DNA of 64,000 bases, from the NCBI GenBank assembly GCA_047967505.1, contig CM106538.1; one strand, written 5' to 3'. Origin of the DNA: Dipteris shenzhenensis. Taxonomy: Eukaryota. The notes below the pieces were generated by a model. The model was not told the origin of the DNA. It was given only the letters and a program-made list of their open reading frames with translations, and searched no databases. Made by a program: the position numbers and the translations under genes. Shown in pieces: positions 1 to 13,615 of the stretch. The first letter of the stretch is position 1. Each line of letters starts with the position of its first letter.

Positions 1-1020
1 GAGTTGTGGATCCGTCCCAAATTCTCATCCAATCTCCCGCAGTGAGTGACTATGGGGTGACTGCATTCCAAGGGGCGACATCTAAGATGATCAGGTGGGA
101 GAAATCAATGGTGGTTCTCATAGATGACCTTATTCAATGCATCTGCCTATGAGGCAACTAGTGAAGGACCACAAACAGGACATCCATGGTAACCTGATGT
201 AGTGAGACTTGAACAATAGATGCAATTAAGAGTTCAAGGTGGGTTTAGGGTGCCACATCGATCGCCTACTCATAATTAAAAGTGCAATGCTTACTTGAAC
301 ACTCGCCATAGCCTGGGAAGTCATGCATCATCCACATCAAGACTGCTTTGTAGTTGATGTCTCGTGAGATGAGGGAGGCCTGCTCACATCATGCACCTCG
401 ATACCTCTCCAAAGTATCTCTAGCTCGTCGTCAATCAAAGGCTCCAAATAAACATCAGGATTTTTGGCTTTATGTTTCCCTGGAATTAGAAGGGATAACA
501 TAACATGTCCTTTCTTAATCGCCATAGAGGGTGGAAGATTATAATTCACCAATATCATTAGCCATACACTGTAAGAGGTGCTTTTGAGACCAAATGGGTT
601 CACAACATCCATACCCAATCCAAGTCTCAAGCTCCTAGGTTCTTTCTTGAAGCTTGGCCATGTGTCTTCAATATGCTTCCACACAGGAGTGTCTACAGGA
701 GTTCTCCACTTGCCATCGGTTGATCGATGGGAGGAATGCCATGACATGAGCTCTACAATGGATTTGCACTTGGACATATGTTGGATGTGAGGGATTATGG
801 GAAAATGTCGCAGAACCTTACAAGGCACATCCAAAGTTTTGAGATTTGCTCTATATCTTGCCTCTCCACAAGTAGGACACTCTCTTTATCCTTATGTTGT
901 CCACAAAACAGAACGCAATCGTTGACGCATGCATGGATGCGCTTGTAATCTAATCCTCCAAGAGGTCACATGTTGCCTTGCTATATCTCTTGAGGTCGGT
1001 AATTTATTCTCCCTTGGAAG
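1..1020 (-). pseudogene. CACTA/En-Spm transposase (Tnp2/TnpD, Transposase_21-like), degraded; runs off the window start
   Basis: ORF 337-834 has typical Tnp2 motifs (KVLRHFPIIP, EPRSLRLGLGMDVVNPFG, YNLPP, LLIPG..K..DVYLEPLIDD). It continues after a frameshift as WMMHDFPGYGECS; the upstream part reads CPTCGEARY. Confidence 0.9.
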
Positions 1021-1388
1021 CATTTTACGCAATAGCCTGCACGTGAAGACCATAAATTAGAAAAAGCATTCGAGTAATTGACCCACTATCATAATTCACC
1101 ATGTTTGCAAAATAGACTTTAAAGCTTACTTGAGTAATGCATTCACGAGGGATTCACTAGTAGTAATAAGGAGATGTCACCTGCGTGCAATAAATATATG
1201 AAAATTCCTCTTATCTATCCCCTATTTATGGGACCTTACCTTATAAAATGTACCTTCCTTCCCTTATATAACCCCCCTCCCTTACACTCACATGGTACCG
1301 TGTGGTACCGTACGATAAACCCTAGTGGACCCCCCGGGAATGTATTCAAACTTGCATTGCTCCATCCATAGATGGTCTGCAAGTTTAG

Positions 1389-1960
1389 TTACTCAAGGGA
1401 GGCACGTAGAACATAGAATATGCACCCCTCAAACAGTGGAGTCGGTGCTGCGGTAAAAAGATCATCTTGCTCCATGCTATCATCCCTACCTAAGGATTGA
1501 TGGACATATAAATCCCGCCTCATATCATCAAACACCCCCTCCTCCACGGCCTCATGAGGTAATGGCAGAGGGCTACTATCACCATCACTCCATGCATTCG
1601 TAATGGTCCCTCTTGAAGATCCCACCTCATATTGCCGACGCTTCGCCTCCTCATGACGACGAGCATAGGGCAACATATGTGGGTGTCATCCTGTACCAAA
1701 TTAAAATGGGATCATAACTCAAGCACATGAACAACCATATGTATCTCAATCAATCTTAACTCTTTAACACTTACCATGTTTATGGTTGCATCCCATTCTC
1801 CATACTTTGAGACGTGATTGAGTGTAATTCTACATGCACGATACATGTTTCCTCGACATCGATCACACATACATTTGATTTTTTGCTCCAACCACATTTT
1901 GCGATGGTGGATACGGAGGGATTCATCCTCACTGGAGCTACATATTGAAGATGAAGACAT
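1389..1960 (-). pseudogene. Probable 5' exons of the CACTA transposase (transposase-associated CxCxxC segment)
   Basis: IKCMCDRC motif and an acidic segment upstream of, and co-oriented with, the Tnp2 core. Confidence 0.5.
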
Positions 1961-2029
1961 CCTACATATAAACAACCCAAAATTTGTTCTTGGATGAGTT
2001 GTAAATGTCAAAACTCTGTGGAGCATCTA

Positions 2030-2712
2030 AAAGCGCATCTAACACCACATCTGTACTGTGGAATGCATCTATAGGCGTGTCTAAAACTTACTTTAGAGGC
2101 ATTGATAGACACATAGCTAGATGCATAGATAGATGCGTAGATAGACACGCACATAGACGCACAGACTACGAGCTGATTTTCGAACCTACTTTTAGCGCGC
2201 TTGCTTTTCTTCATATACTTTTAACATTGCACGGCTTGCTTAACAGACATAGCTTCGAGCATCCACACTTATCTCCAAGCACCAACACTCATCTCTAGGC
2301 TTACACAATCATCCCCAAGCACATAAGAGAAGAGGGTGAACAAGGAGAAGAAGAAAGAGAAGCAGAGGTGAACAAAGAAGAGAAGAAAGAGAAGCAACTT
2401 TGAAGAAGGACAAGAAGCTTCCTTGAAGAAGGACAAGAAGCTTCCATACCTCTATCCAAGGTAAGTCTCTTGGCGGTTTATCTTCTTTGGAAGTTGCTCT
2501 CTTTGGATTCATCCTTTGTCGTATGTAGGTCGAACGGATGTTTTTTGTACTAGTGTGGTCGGGCGCATGTCCTTTTCAAATTCTTAGAAAAAGGCGTCTG
2601 TCGGAGTGCGTCTATAGATGCATCTAACAGCGCGTCTATAGACACGTCTGTCTTTTGGGAAAACAGACAGCCATGCCTATAGACGCACTGTTAGACGCGT
2701 CTATAGATGTGC
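2030..2712. repeat. Clusters of short (GC)GTCTATAGAC/TAGACGC-type repeats, probably CACTA subterminal repeats; CACTAGTACAAAAAA TIR-like motif on the minus strand with its outer end at 2555
   Basis: Repeated tctataga/tagacgc units at about 2040-2170 and 2595-2710; ttttttgtactagtg at 2541-2555. Confidence 0.5.
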
Positions 2713-2799
2713 TCCAACAATCTTATCTGTTCTTCCCTTTCCCCTTCCTTTTCCTTCTCTTTCCCTTCCTCCTCTCCTTCCATTTCCACTTCTAAGAAA

Positions 2800-3329
2800 A
2801 GGATTACATATGGAATGATGGAAATAAGTGATTGCATGAATGAAGAAAGGGATTGCATTAATGATGGAAAGGGATTGCATGATTGAAGAAAGGGATTGTG
2901 TGAATGATGGAAAGGAAAAGCATGATTGAAGAAAGGGATTGCATTCGTGAGAAAATAAGGGATCGTGTTCTCTTTTTCTCTCCTTTCTCCTCTCTTTTCT
3001 TCTCTTTTCTCCTCTCTTTTCTCCTCGCTTTCCTTCTCTCTATTTTCCTCTCTTTTATCCCCTCTTTCCTTCACCTTGTCTCTCTTTTTTCTTCTCTCTT
3101 TTATCCTCTCTTTCCTTCTCTTTTTGTGGTAATTTTCCTCTCTTACTCCTCTCTTTTTCTCTCTTTTTTTCTCATCTCTTTTCCTCTATTTTCCTCTCTC
3201 TTCTCCTCTGTTTCCTTCTCTCTATTTTCCTCTCTTTTATCCCCTCTTTCCTTCACCTTGTCTCTCTTTTTCCTTCTCTCTTTTATCCTCTCTTTCCTTC
3301 TCTTTTCGTGGTAATTTTCCTCTCTTACC
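2800..3329. repeat. Low-complexity tract: ~20-bp gaaagggattgcatgat tandem, then a CT-rich tract with an internal ~180-bp duplication
   Basis: tccttctctctattttcctctcttttatcccctctttccttcaccttgtc occurs near both 3031 and 3213. Confidence 0.75.
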
Positions 3330-6300
3330 TGTTAGAGTTAGCTCAAATGTCCACCTCTCATGTAACCCACCAATATTCTGTGTACCCAATGTTGTAAGGC
3401 CCCCATATGAGGAGAAGCCATGATGGGTATCAGATATTGGGAGGGATCCCCAGTTTAGACACTGGAAGGGGTCTTAGAGTAGACCAGATGGTTATGAGAC
3501 GGCTTAGGAGCCAAGAGTAGATACCCGTCTGCACAAAGGGGGGGTTCGGGGGGGCGATAGCCCCCCCGATAGCAGGGGGTCCGGGGGGCGCAGGCCCCCG
3601 GTGGGGGTCTGGGGGCAAAGCCCCCAGCGGCAGGGTCCTTCATCTGCCCGATCCTTCATCTGCCCGCCGGCATGTTTTCTGAAGGGTCGGTGGTCTTCCA
3701 GGCCGACTGTCTATTAGGCCGACTGCCTATTACAGGGCCGACCGTCAACCACTTACACTATATAAGTGGCCACCCCCTATCATCAGATGACCAGTTCTTC
3801 ACGCTCATAGTCCTCCGTCCAGCATCTGTCTAGATCACCATCGAAGCTATGTCTGTAGAGCGCACGGGTGGACAGCCAACCATCAGTTGTATCAGTAGTT
3901 TGGTATATCAGAATTTTTGTATTCTCTCCAACTTTCCATCGTGTACTTGCGTTTTGTTGTTATCTTCCGCTGCGTACTATTTTCTTACATGGTATCAGAG
4001 CTCAGGCTATCTGAGTAACGACTTTATTGCAAGTTCAACGAGCTTTGTTAGCAAAGGCTACTAGGAGTGATGGCTGCACCAACCCCGTTGCGAATTCGTC
4101 CACCTGCCTTCAATGAAGGCAAGCTCGATGGGACGAATTATACTTTGTGGAAATTCAAGATCAGCGCGATCTTGGATTCATATGAGCTTCTGGATACTGT
4201 TCTGGGATTGGATCCAGAACCGGTTGGATCACCGAATCCAAACAACCCCAACGTCATAACGCCACCGAATGCAAATCTTCTTTGGGCATGGAAACGAAGG
4301 AACGCAGATGCACTCTGCGCTCTTGTTACCAGTTCAAGTGATTCTGTTTTGACTCTGATTCAGCATACAGACAAGGCAAGTGAGGCTTGGAACATATTGA
4401 AAGGTCAGTATGAAACGCGGAATCAGACCAGAATTCAAAATCTGGAGAATATGCTTGCTGCAGAGAGGTGCTCTGATGGAGAATCAGCTGAGACATTCAT
4501 CACACGGATTAAGAATCTACGTGATCAGATGGCGGCGGTTGGGATTACAAAGACCAGCGAAGAGTTGGCCAGAAGGTGCATTCGGATCCTTCCACAAAAG
4601 TACGATGCATTGGTCACGACACTCAACACGCAGGTAAGAAATCCACCCCTCACTTTTGAAGAGTTCAGCGCGATGCTTCTAGAGGAGGAGATGCGAATGA
4701 AGACCCGCGATGGCGGAAGTGATGCAGCATTCTCAACCACATCCAAAGGGAAGGGTGGAGAGAAGAAGAATGGTAAGAAGAAGAAGTTTTCAGGTAAGTG
4801 CCACTACTGCAACAAAAGCGGTCACATGATCAAGGATTGCAGAAAGAAGCAGCAGGATGAAAAGAATGGCACTACACAGTCTTCTTCGAAAGGCAAGGAA
4901 TCTGCCAACACAGTTGAAACTGAGTTGGAGCTATGGGTTGCAATTGAAGAAATATGCTCCTCAACAGAAGTTTCAACAACGAATGATTCGTGGCTCCTTG
5001 ATAGTGGAGCGTCCCGTCACATGACCAGAAAGAAGGACTGGTATAGCTCTTTCAAGCCTCTACAAGAGCCCATGAACGTGACGGTCGGTAATAATGCAAA
5101 ATGCCCTGTGGAAGGTACAAGTACTATCTCTCTTTCCATTCACGAGGGTGAAACTAAAGAGCTTTCTGATGTATTACTAGTTCCTCAGCTAAAGAAGAAC
5201 TTGCTTTCGGTTGCTGCAATAACTGATCGCAACTTGGAGGTGCGTTTCAAGAGGACCGGAGCAGAAATCCTTAATGCAGCAGGCAAGGTGGTCGGCAAGG
5301 TAGTAAGGAAGAACAATCTCTACGAGCTGACGGCACTAACAGTCTCTTCAGGGGTGGGAATCAGTAAGGTATGGCATGAAAGATTTGGTGATCTTAGTTA
5401 TCCTATTCTTTTGGAAATGCAGAAAACAGGGATGGTTGCACACTTGCCTGCACTCTCAAAGGTGCAGGAACCTTGTGAAGCTTGTATGATGGGCAAGCAA
5501 CAAAGGAAGGCTTTTCCACATGAGAGCGGCTATCGGGCAAAGGCTCCTCTACAATTGGTTCATGCTGATCTCAGTGGGAAAGCTCCGACTCAAGCTTTGG
5601 GGGGATGTAACTACTATATGCTTATCGTCGACGACTACAGTAGATACATGTGGGTGTATTTTCTACGAGATAAGGCTGAAGCTCTTGGAAAATTCAAACA
5701 GTGGCAAAAGATGGTGGAAAACGGAAGCGGGCTGAAGGTAAAGAAGCTTCGCACGTACATCGTCAATCGAAGCTTCACAAAGGCCTTGACGGGCAAAACA
5801 CCTTTGGAGGCTTACTCAGGTAAAAATCCTTCCGCTTCTCATTTCAGAACATTTGGATGTGAGTGCTTTGTTCATGTTCCAGATAGCACCAGAAAGAAAT
5901 TAGATCCAAAGAGCAGAAAGTGTATCTTCATGGGCTATAGCCAGGAGTCAAAGGCGTACCGGCTATATGATCCAGAGGCAAAGAAGATCGTGGTCAGTCG
6001 TGATGTGGTGTTTTGGGAACAGCCACATACAGTGGAGGAGGAGGTATGCCCTTCCACTTTATCATCAGCCGTAAAAGTAACTCACCTTGTGCCCGTATCT
6101 AAAGCAGAGTTGCAGAGAATGAGGAGGAGTACTTCGAGGAACAGACTCCACCAACACCACAACATGCCTTGGCTCCACAAGGTAAGCCACTTCCAAAGTG
6201 GGCAAGGCAGCTCTTTGATGAGAAGAATCCGGTTCCAGACTTGGCGGAGTCATCTACAGATGGACTTCGACGATCAAAGAGGATAGAGGAGCAGAAAAGG

Positions 6301-8484
6301 GCTTCTGAACACATAGTCAATATGGCCTTGATGGCTGAGATTATGAAAGTTCAAGAGCCTACGAATTTGGATGAGGCAATGGCGGATCCAAATTGGAAAG
6401 CTGCCATGCAAGAGGAGTATGACAGCATCATGAAGAATCAGACTTGGGACTTGGTTGATCGTCCAGAAAAAAGGAAGATCATTGGTACCAAATGGGTATG
6501 GAAGGCCAAGTACAAATCTGATGGATCTTTGGAAAAGTACAAGGCTAGGCTTGTTGCACAAGGATACTCTCAAGTTGAAGGCTTTGATTTTGAGGATTCC
6601 TTTGCTCCTACAGCAAGGATGACAACTATTCGGGTGGTACTTGCCTTGGCTGCTCATAAGCAGTGGCCGGTGTTTCAAATGGACGTGAAATCTGCGTTCT
6701 TGAATGGACATCTCAAGGAGGAGGTATATGTGTTCCAGCCACCAGGATTTGAGGTGCCCAATTCAGAGAACAAGGTTTGCAGACTAAAGAAGGCATTGTA
6801 TGGGCTGAAACAGGCCCCAAGGGCATGGTACCAACGGATTGATAGCTTTCTCATATCTATTGGTTTCTCAAAAAGTGCTTCTGATGCTAACCTGTATGTT
6901 TGTAAGCAGGATGGCAAGTATGTGGTAATAGTCCTTTACGTGGATGACTTGATCATCACAGGAGATCATGAGAAGATGCTGCAACAGTTGAGGGAGTCAT
7001 TGAGTTCCGAGTTTGAGATGACAGATTTGGGGCTCATGCACTTTTGCCTCGGCATTGAGGTTTGGCAAAAACCTGGCAGGATTTTCATCTCTCAGCAGAG
7101 ATATGCTCGCGAGATCTTGAAGGCATTCGATATGACCGAGTGTAAGGACGTGGTCTCTCCCATGGAGGTGAATGGTAAGCTCTCAGTGGAGGATGCATCA
7201 CCACTTGTCGACATCAAGGAGTATAGGAAACTTGTGGGGAGTCTCATTTTTCTGTGCAACACTAGACCTGATATCAGCTTTGCAGTTGGTGTACTTAGTA
7301 GGTTCTCAAATCAACCTCGAGAGAACCATTGGAAAGCAGGGATGCGTGTGCTAAAGTACGTGAAAGGTACACTGGAGTATGGCATTACCTACAGAGCAGG
7401 GAAGACCTTGGCGGGTTACTGTGACTCAGATTGGGCGGGAGATTGTGATTCTAGAAAGTCAGTTTCTGGATATTGTTTCTCACTTGGTTCAGGAGTGTTC
7501 TCTTGGATTAGCAAGAAGCAACCAACAGTGGCACTATCTTCGACAGAAGCTGAGTACAAGGCAGCATGCATTGCTGCTTGTGAAGCAGTTTGGCTAAGGA
7601 GGATCCTGCAAGACATAGGAGTTCCAATCGAAGATGCGACGGTTCTAAAATGCGACAATCAGAGTTGCATGGCCATCGCAAAGAATCCTGTGTTCCATGC
7701 TCGTACAAAGCACATAGAGATCCAGTATCACTACGTACGAGAGCTCATCGAGGATGGAGTCATAGAGCTGGAGTATTGTCCCACAGAGGACAATTGCGCA
7801 GACATCTTCACGAAGGCTCGTGGGAGTGATTTATTGTTGCGGCATCTACATCGACTCGGCATTGGTCCGAACACGTAGTTCATCTTCGGGTGAACATTGA
7901 GGGGGGGTGTTAGAGTTAGCTCAAATGTCCACCTCTCATGTAACCCACCAATATTCTGTGTACCCAATGTTGTAAGGCCCCCATATGAGGAGAAGCCATG
8001 ATGGGTATCAGATATTGGGAGGGATCCCCAGTTTAGACACTGGAAGGGGTCTTAGAGTAGACCAGATGGTTATGAGACGGCTTAGGAGCCAAGAGTAGAT
8101 ACCCGTCTGCACAAAGGGGGGGTTCGGGGGGGCGATAGCCCCCCCGATAGCAGGGGGTCCGGGGGGCGCAGGCCCCCGGTGGGGGTCTGGGGGCAAAGCC
8201 CCCAGCGATCCTTCATCTGCCCGCCGGCATGTTTTCTGAAGGGTCGGTGGTCTTCCAGGCCGACTGTCTATTAGGCCGACTGCCTATTACAGGGCCGACC
8301 GTCAACCACTTACACTATATAAGTGGCCACCCCCTATCATCAGATGACCAGTTCTTCATGCTCATAGTCCTCCGTCCAGCATCTGTCTAGATCACCATCG
8401 AAGCTCTGTCTGTAGAGCGCACGGGTGGACAGCCAACCATCAGTTGTATCAGCAGTTTGGTATATCAGAATTTTTGTATTCTCT
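3330..8484 (+). mobile_element. Ty1/copia LTR retrotransposon A; near full length, 3' LTR truncated
   Basis: 5' LTR 3330-3989 (TG..CA), PBS TGGTATCAGAGC 3990-4001, PPT GAGGGGGGG 7899-7907, 3' LTR from 7908 matching the 5' LTR until about 8484; domain order gag-PR-INT-RT-RH. Confidence 0.97.
4067..7878 (+). pseudogene. Copia A gag-pol polyprotein (frameshift near 6100-6170; integrase core deleted)
   Basis: CHYCNKSGHMIKDC knuckle, WLLDSGAS protease, HADLSG/IVDDYSR integrase, [11 protein letters not shown] and [16 protein letters not shown] RNase H. Confidence 0.95.
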
Positions 8485-10147
8485 TCTTGCCATGTGTCTT
8501 CTGGTTAAATTGTTTGATTGAGGGTCAAATAAACTTAATGATGGTTAAATTAAACCTTATCTACCACGTGTATTTTATTTTATTTTTCAAGGTCTGAGAA
8601 CTTTGACAATGAAGATGATGGTGACTAGGTGGCGTTCTTGCATGCAGGTTGCTCGTAGAGCTTTTTGCATGTAGCCTGTGTGTCAGTGGAAGATTCTGTG
8701 AGGCGTGTCGGTGCTGGAGGTCACTCAATCGTCGACTAAGCCTTGAGGCTATATGGAGTTTGGTCATCTGGTGTTGAAGACTTGTGGTGGGTGCCTTGCT
8801 TGAAGCTCGAGTTGGTCGGTCGGCTTAGCAATGGCAAGGAGCAGGCATGGAAGGAGCCATGCCAAGGTGCAAGGGTCATCGTAGAAGGCAACACCTATTT
8901 CTACTATGGAGTTGTTGCTTAGTTGAGGAGCTCCATTGAATGGAGCTACTGTAGCAGTATGCAGCACTCGGAGGAGCCACCGAGATGATGGAGGCAAGTG
9001 GCTGGAGGACTTCATAGTTGGAGCTAGTGCAGGCTCATGTTGATGGAGCCTTGAGTCAGTTGGCTGATGCTGCTATTCATTCGTGGAGCTTGGAGCTATA
9101 ATTGTGTGGACTCGGAGGAGTCAAAGCTAGGCAGCCACTTGCTGCTTCTATTCATCGCAATGAATGAGTCGCCTTGAGGCCAGTGTTGGGCCATGAGCAT
9201 TGTAGCAATCAAGGGAGATACCGCTTTGGTCGTTGGAGAGGCGTAGATGATGTGCAGAGGCTTGTTCATGCTGCAGAGTCATGTTAGTGCTGCAAACGAC
9301 TTCGGAGCTAGTTGGAAGGCCAAGCTTGGCCGCCTTTGCAGATGGGCTGTGGCTATGAGTAGTGCTATAGCCACTTTGAGATGAAACCGCTTTGAGAGCT
9401 TGTAGATGGGCACACTAGCCTTTGTTGCAGCCTTGGAGTCTCGAATTGTGGGGAGCATCTTACTCGTAGATGTATACCTCCTTAATGGTTTGATAAGAAC
9501 TCCCAAAGTAGAGATCTCTCCCAATACCAATTAGACCTCTCAACAAAGATGCAATTCTTTCTTTCTCTCATTAACAAAAATCTCTCTCTCTTTCTCACTT
9601 GAAGAAGTAGAATTTCTTTCTTAGAAACACTCTTGAACTCTCCCTACCTTTTCTCTCAAAGCATCTCACTTCCACAATCTCTCAACGGAATGAATCAAAG
9701 AATGAATCTAAATCTCTCTCTCAAAAGAATGACATAAATATCTCACCAAATGGATGGAAATTCTCTCAGTAGAAGTGAATGGAAGGAACTCACGATCACT
9801 CAAGAGAACTCTCAATCTCTCAATCGATCTCTCTTGCTCTCACAAGAAGGATGGAACCTGAGTAGAAGGCAGAACCATACTTTGATACCATGACAAAATA
9901 TGAAGAGGGGAGAGGAGAAGAGTGGAGATGAGGAGAGAGGGCACAGCTAGAGAGCACACCACAAATGACTAACTATACACTAGATTTAGTTGAAAATGTA
10001 GAATATATACAAACCCATTTAGGGTTAGGGTTATGGTATCTAACCCTTTCCTTTATAGCACTCTATTGGGTTAGTGCTATGCACATATGATCACATGATA
10101 GTGCTATGCACATATGGTCACATGATGTTGAGCGTGATCTCTCAATA
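8485..10147 (-). mobile_element. Degraded LTR-element 5' remnant (short LTR about 9891-10147, Met-type PBS, non-coding leader)
   Basis: ctttgatacca at 9880-9890 (minus strand TGGTATCAAAG) directly abuts TG at 9891; leader resembles 26430-27700 in opposite orientation. Confidence 0.55.
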
Positions 10148-11339
10148 GCCTAAGCCAGTTCTATTCACATATCTAACTGAAAACTGCTACCCTCATGAAA
10201 ACCCACCAAGATTAGCATGGCTACTTCAACACTACTGACTTAGACCTTGCCCTTAAAAAATCCACTAGGGGGCCCAGACATTGACATAGCTGTTAGATTG
10301 ATATGCTACCAAATTTCTTCTAGAATTCCCCCATCATTTATATTTTTACTCCAGCCTTCATTTCATCCTCCATGACATAATCTTCACACAATTGGTCATC
10401 ACCCCATGTCATATGATTTCTTTGACACCATGGTTAGACTCTTACAAAGTCCTTTGCATCAAGAACTGGATGTCTAGTTTGACTTCAAAGAAGAAATGTC
10501 AGGAATCTACAAAACACACGTGATGGCCCACTCCACTCAACCCATGACATTTGTCATAGATTCCTCTTCCTCCTAGACATTTCTAAGACAAATGATGTGA
10601 TAGAACTAACCACAATTGGGTCCCAATGCTTCAACATAGTTCTATTGACATCATGTCCTATCGAGACAAGACATGGTGAACATTGTGTTCAACTTTCCTA
10701 TATCTCTCCATTGGGATAGTAATGGATCAAGATTATGGGAGGTTATGAGAATTGTTTTATTTTTATGGAGGACGGTGATGGAGATGGCGATGGTGACTCG
10801 TGTCCTTCGCAATCTAGTCTCCCTCTCCTTCCTCTCAGACCCAAGTATGGATCCCTTCTCCCGATCTTTTTGTCTCACTTAGTGCTCACTTCGCTGCATA
10901 CAACCCTCATAGAGAATCCATCGTTCCTCATGTAGAATGTGATAGTGGTTGTGCCTCTTCGACCTTCTTCTAGAATGGAATATAGAGGACCTAACTTCAC
11001 TAATCTCACTTCCTTCCCTCCACTAGTCGACAACTCCAACTGCTGGCCACTTTGGACAAGTTACAGCACCTAGCTCCTCATACATGAGGGCTCTCCAGCA
11101 AAGTAGAGGGGGCTTCTCCTCAGCCCCTTTTAGAGAATAAAAAATCTTCTGGCAGCTCCTAGACAAGAGGGAGTACGAGAAGCAAAGCATGGGACCCATA
11201 CCAACGCTACAAAGCCATCCCAAGAAAATGGTCTATCATCCTCCAAGAACTCCCATAGAGATAAAGCCAATGCCTCCTCCTTCAATAGCACAGTGACTGG
11301 AGTCTGAGCACCTGAAGCTCCATGAGACTTTCAAGATGT

Positions 11340-12720
11340 GAGATTAGGCCTTCCAAGAGAGAGGATGACTACTAAATCACATAAAGCTATTTTTGCACAG
11401 GTTGATGAAGACCTACTTGAAGAATCTATCAAATGGCTTGAATCACATGCACTCGCTGGGTACCTGCATGGTCTGCATCCCCTTGCTGCTTTTCTTGAGA
11501 ACTGATTTCAAACCAACTAGATTAGGAGAGGTAACATAGTCACCAATGTCCACTTCCTAAGACAAGGGTACTTCATTTTTCTATTTGAAAATGTTGAGGA
11601 TGCTTTGAAAGTCCTTTTGCATGGTCTCTAGACAGTGCGCAATAAACCATTGTATATGGATAAGTGGTCTTCATCATTCAGCCCAGATAACCCCCGGTCC
11701 ACTATTCACCCAGTCTAGGTAGAGCTTCCTCACTTGCCTTTCTCGTTGTGTAATCAAGTTGCTTCAATATGAAACAGCTTAGGACATGTAGTCAGTGTCA
11801 AAAGAGAGCCGTTCATTAATCCCAAGAGGAATCCTCAGGTGTGTGTACAGCTAGATCTAGCTGAAGAGTTACTTGAAACCATTGTAATCCTCAATCGCAA
11901 GGATGGAGTGATTAAAGAGCAAAAAATTATGTATAAGAACTTGCCAAACTCATGTTTTTTGTGTGGACTGTCTGACCATACAGTTAATAACTATCCCTTG
12001 AATCAAACCAAGCCCAAAGGGAACACTAAACCTCCTCAAGTTCCTAAGGAAAAGTGGATTCCCATATAGCCGAAAGCTCCTATGGGTCGAAACAGCCCTA
12101 CTGAATCAAAAAATGACAGCATCCCACAGCTCGAACACAAGCTTGCTTGTAACATCCCAATGAAAAATGCTTTTGAGGCATTATCAGAGATGGTTCCTGA
12201 ACCCAACCTCCATCTCATTCCCAAGCTTGAACTGGGAGAGGAATGGGCCAAGGACTTTGAGGATGAAGTCAACAAGAGTGATGATATGTTGGACCTGGAT
12301 GTCTTGGAGGAAGACCTTCCTCTTCCTCCTCAAGCAGATAAAGATATAGTGGTCAAGGAAAACCTACTATCACGGCACATAGTAAGAGGAGGCTATCGAC
12401 AACCAAAGGTCTTTCTGTGCATACAAGTAGCCCAAACCCCAGGGCCAAAAAGGGGAAAAAAAACATGGTAAAAGTAAACCCATTTCGTTCCTGTCCCTAA
12501 ACATTCCTAGTCTCACTGTTGACCCCAACAAGGCAGGTATCTTGGCCACTTGGCTGAGATAAAACTCTCATTCTCCTACCTTTCTGGCTCTACAAGACGT
12601 TAAATATACAAGAGATGCTCTAGTCGCATGACTCAAATGTATTGATAAGAGGAGGACTTGGTATGCCACCTACCACAAAGATGGTAGAATAATCGCATTA
12701 TTCCCAGAGCATTCTTGATG
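11340..12720 (+). pseudogene. L1-type LINE remnant: ORF1 (DUF4283-like plus zinc knuckle) and possibly the start of ORF2
   Basis: Stop-interrupted GYFIFLFENVEDALKVL, PLYMDKWSSSF, V*VELPHLP, CVQLDL, YKNLPNSCFLCGLSDH. Confidence 0.8.
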
Positions 12721-12879
12721 TGGTTGACATAGAAGACCGTATTAGATAATTCGGGAAAAACACAATTCCTAGAATGGCAGTTTTGGAAGAAATTGTAGCT
12801 CCCCTCAATGAAAAAACAGGAGAAATATGTGAAAATAGACTAGATAGCCATTCATGAAGTGTGAAATATCAACTACATT

Positions 12880-13615
12880 CTCAAATAATAAATAGAATAT
12901 CATATATGAGTACCTGGATTTGTTCTATCCATGGCTGGCCTTGGTGACTTGTCTGTGGCTCTTGCACAAGTGCAATAAGGGGGGGGGGATGATGGGAATA
13001 AGGGGGGGGGGATGATGACAGTGATGCAGATAAGTATGTGGTGTAGGGATGGAGGAAAGTGTAGATCAAAACTGCTAGAGGGATGGAGAAACGTGTAGAT
13101 TAGGGGAAAGGGCACAGTTTTCAATGCATGACACATATGTCTTGTCAGCCACACGTGTGGAAAACGGTCTTCTAGATACTTGTGCATTTATTTCCTGATG
13201 ATTTCTTGCACACATTTTGAGACAAAACCGCCTCTAAGTAGAGTTACCCTTCATTTCATCCCTATCTCTAGTTTCAATTGCCTCGAACCTCACTACCTGA
13301 CCAGCTCCAGCTCCAACCTCACCACCTCTAGCTCCAACCTCACTATTTCACCACCTCCATCACAGAGTCCCACTGTAGCTCCACAACTCCAACCTCACCA
13401 GCTCCACCATCCACTGCAGCTCCAGCCACAACCACCCCAGCTCCATCTCACACCTCATGTTTTTTTGAGCACATCTCATCTGTATTCTAGGGTTTAGGAG
13501 GATGGTGGAGTACAACTGATTGATTAGATTGGGATTAAGCAAAATTTGCTCAAAAATGTGATTTGAGCTCTTTCTTTGTTTTTCTCTTCCATATCGCGTT
13601 TTCTAGCACAAAGTC
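12880..13615. repeat. Copy 1 of a locally duplicated unit; copy 2 is 14050-14345 plus 19084-19800 and leads into the H3-like gene
   Basis: Shared blocks gtgacttgtctgtggctcttgca, ctagagggatggag, gtcagccacacgtgtggaaaacggtcttctag, ctccaacctcac arrays, gagcacatctcatct, agggtttaggaggatggt. Confidence 0.9.

Noticed and set aside
1155-1167. CACTAGTAG as the partner TIR of the 2555 motif
   Set aside because: Match is only 8 bp, it lies within the transposase region, and no 3-bp TSD is evident
2691-3314. Charged and hydrophobic (membrane-like) ORFs
   Set aside because: Translation of a CT/GA low-complexity tract
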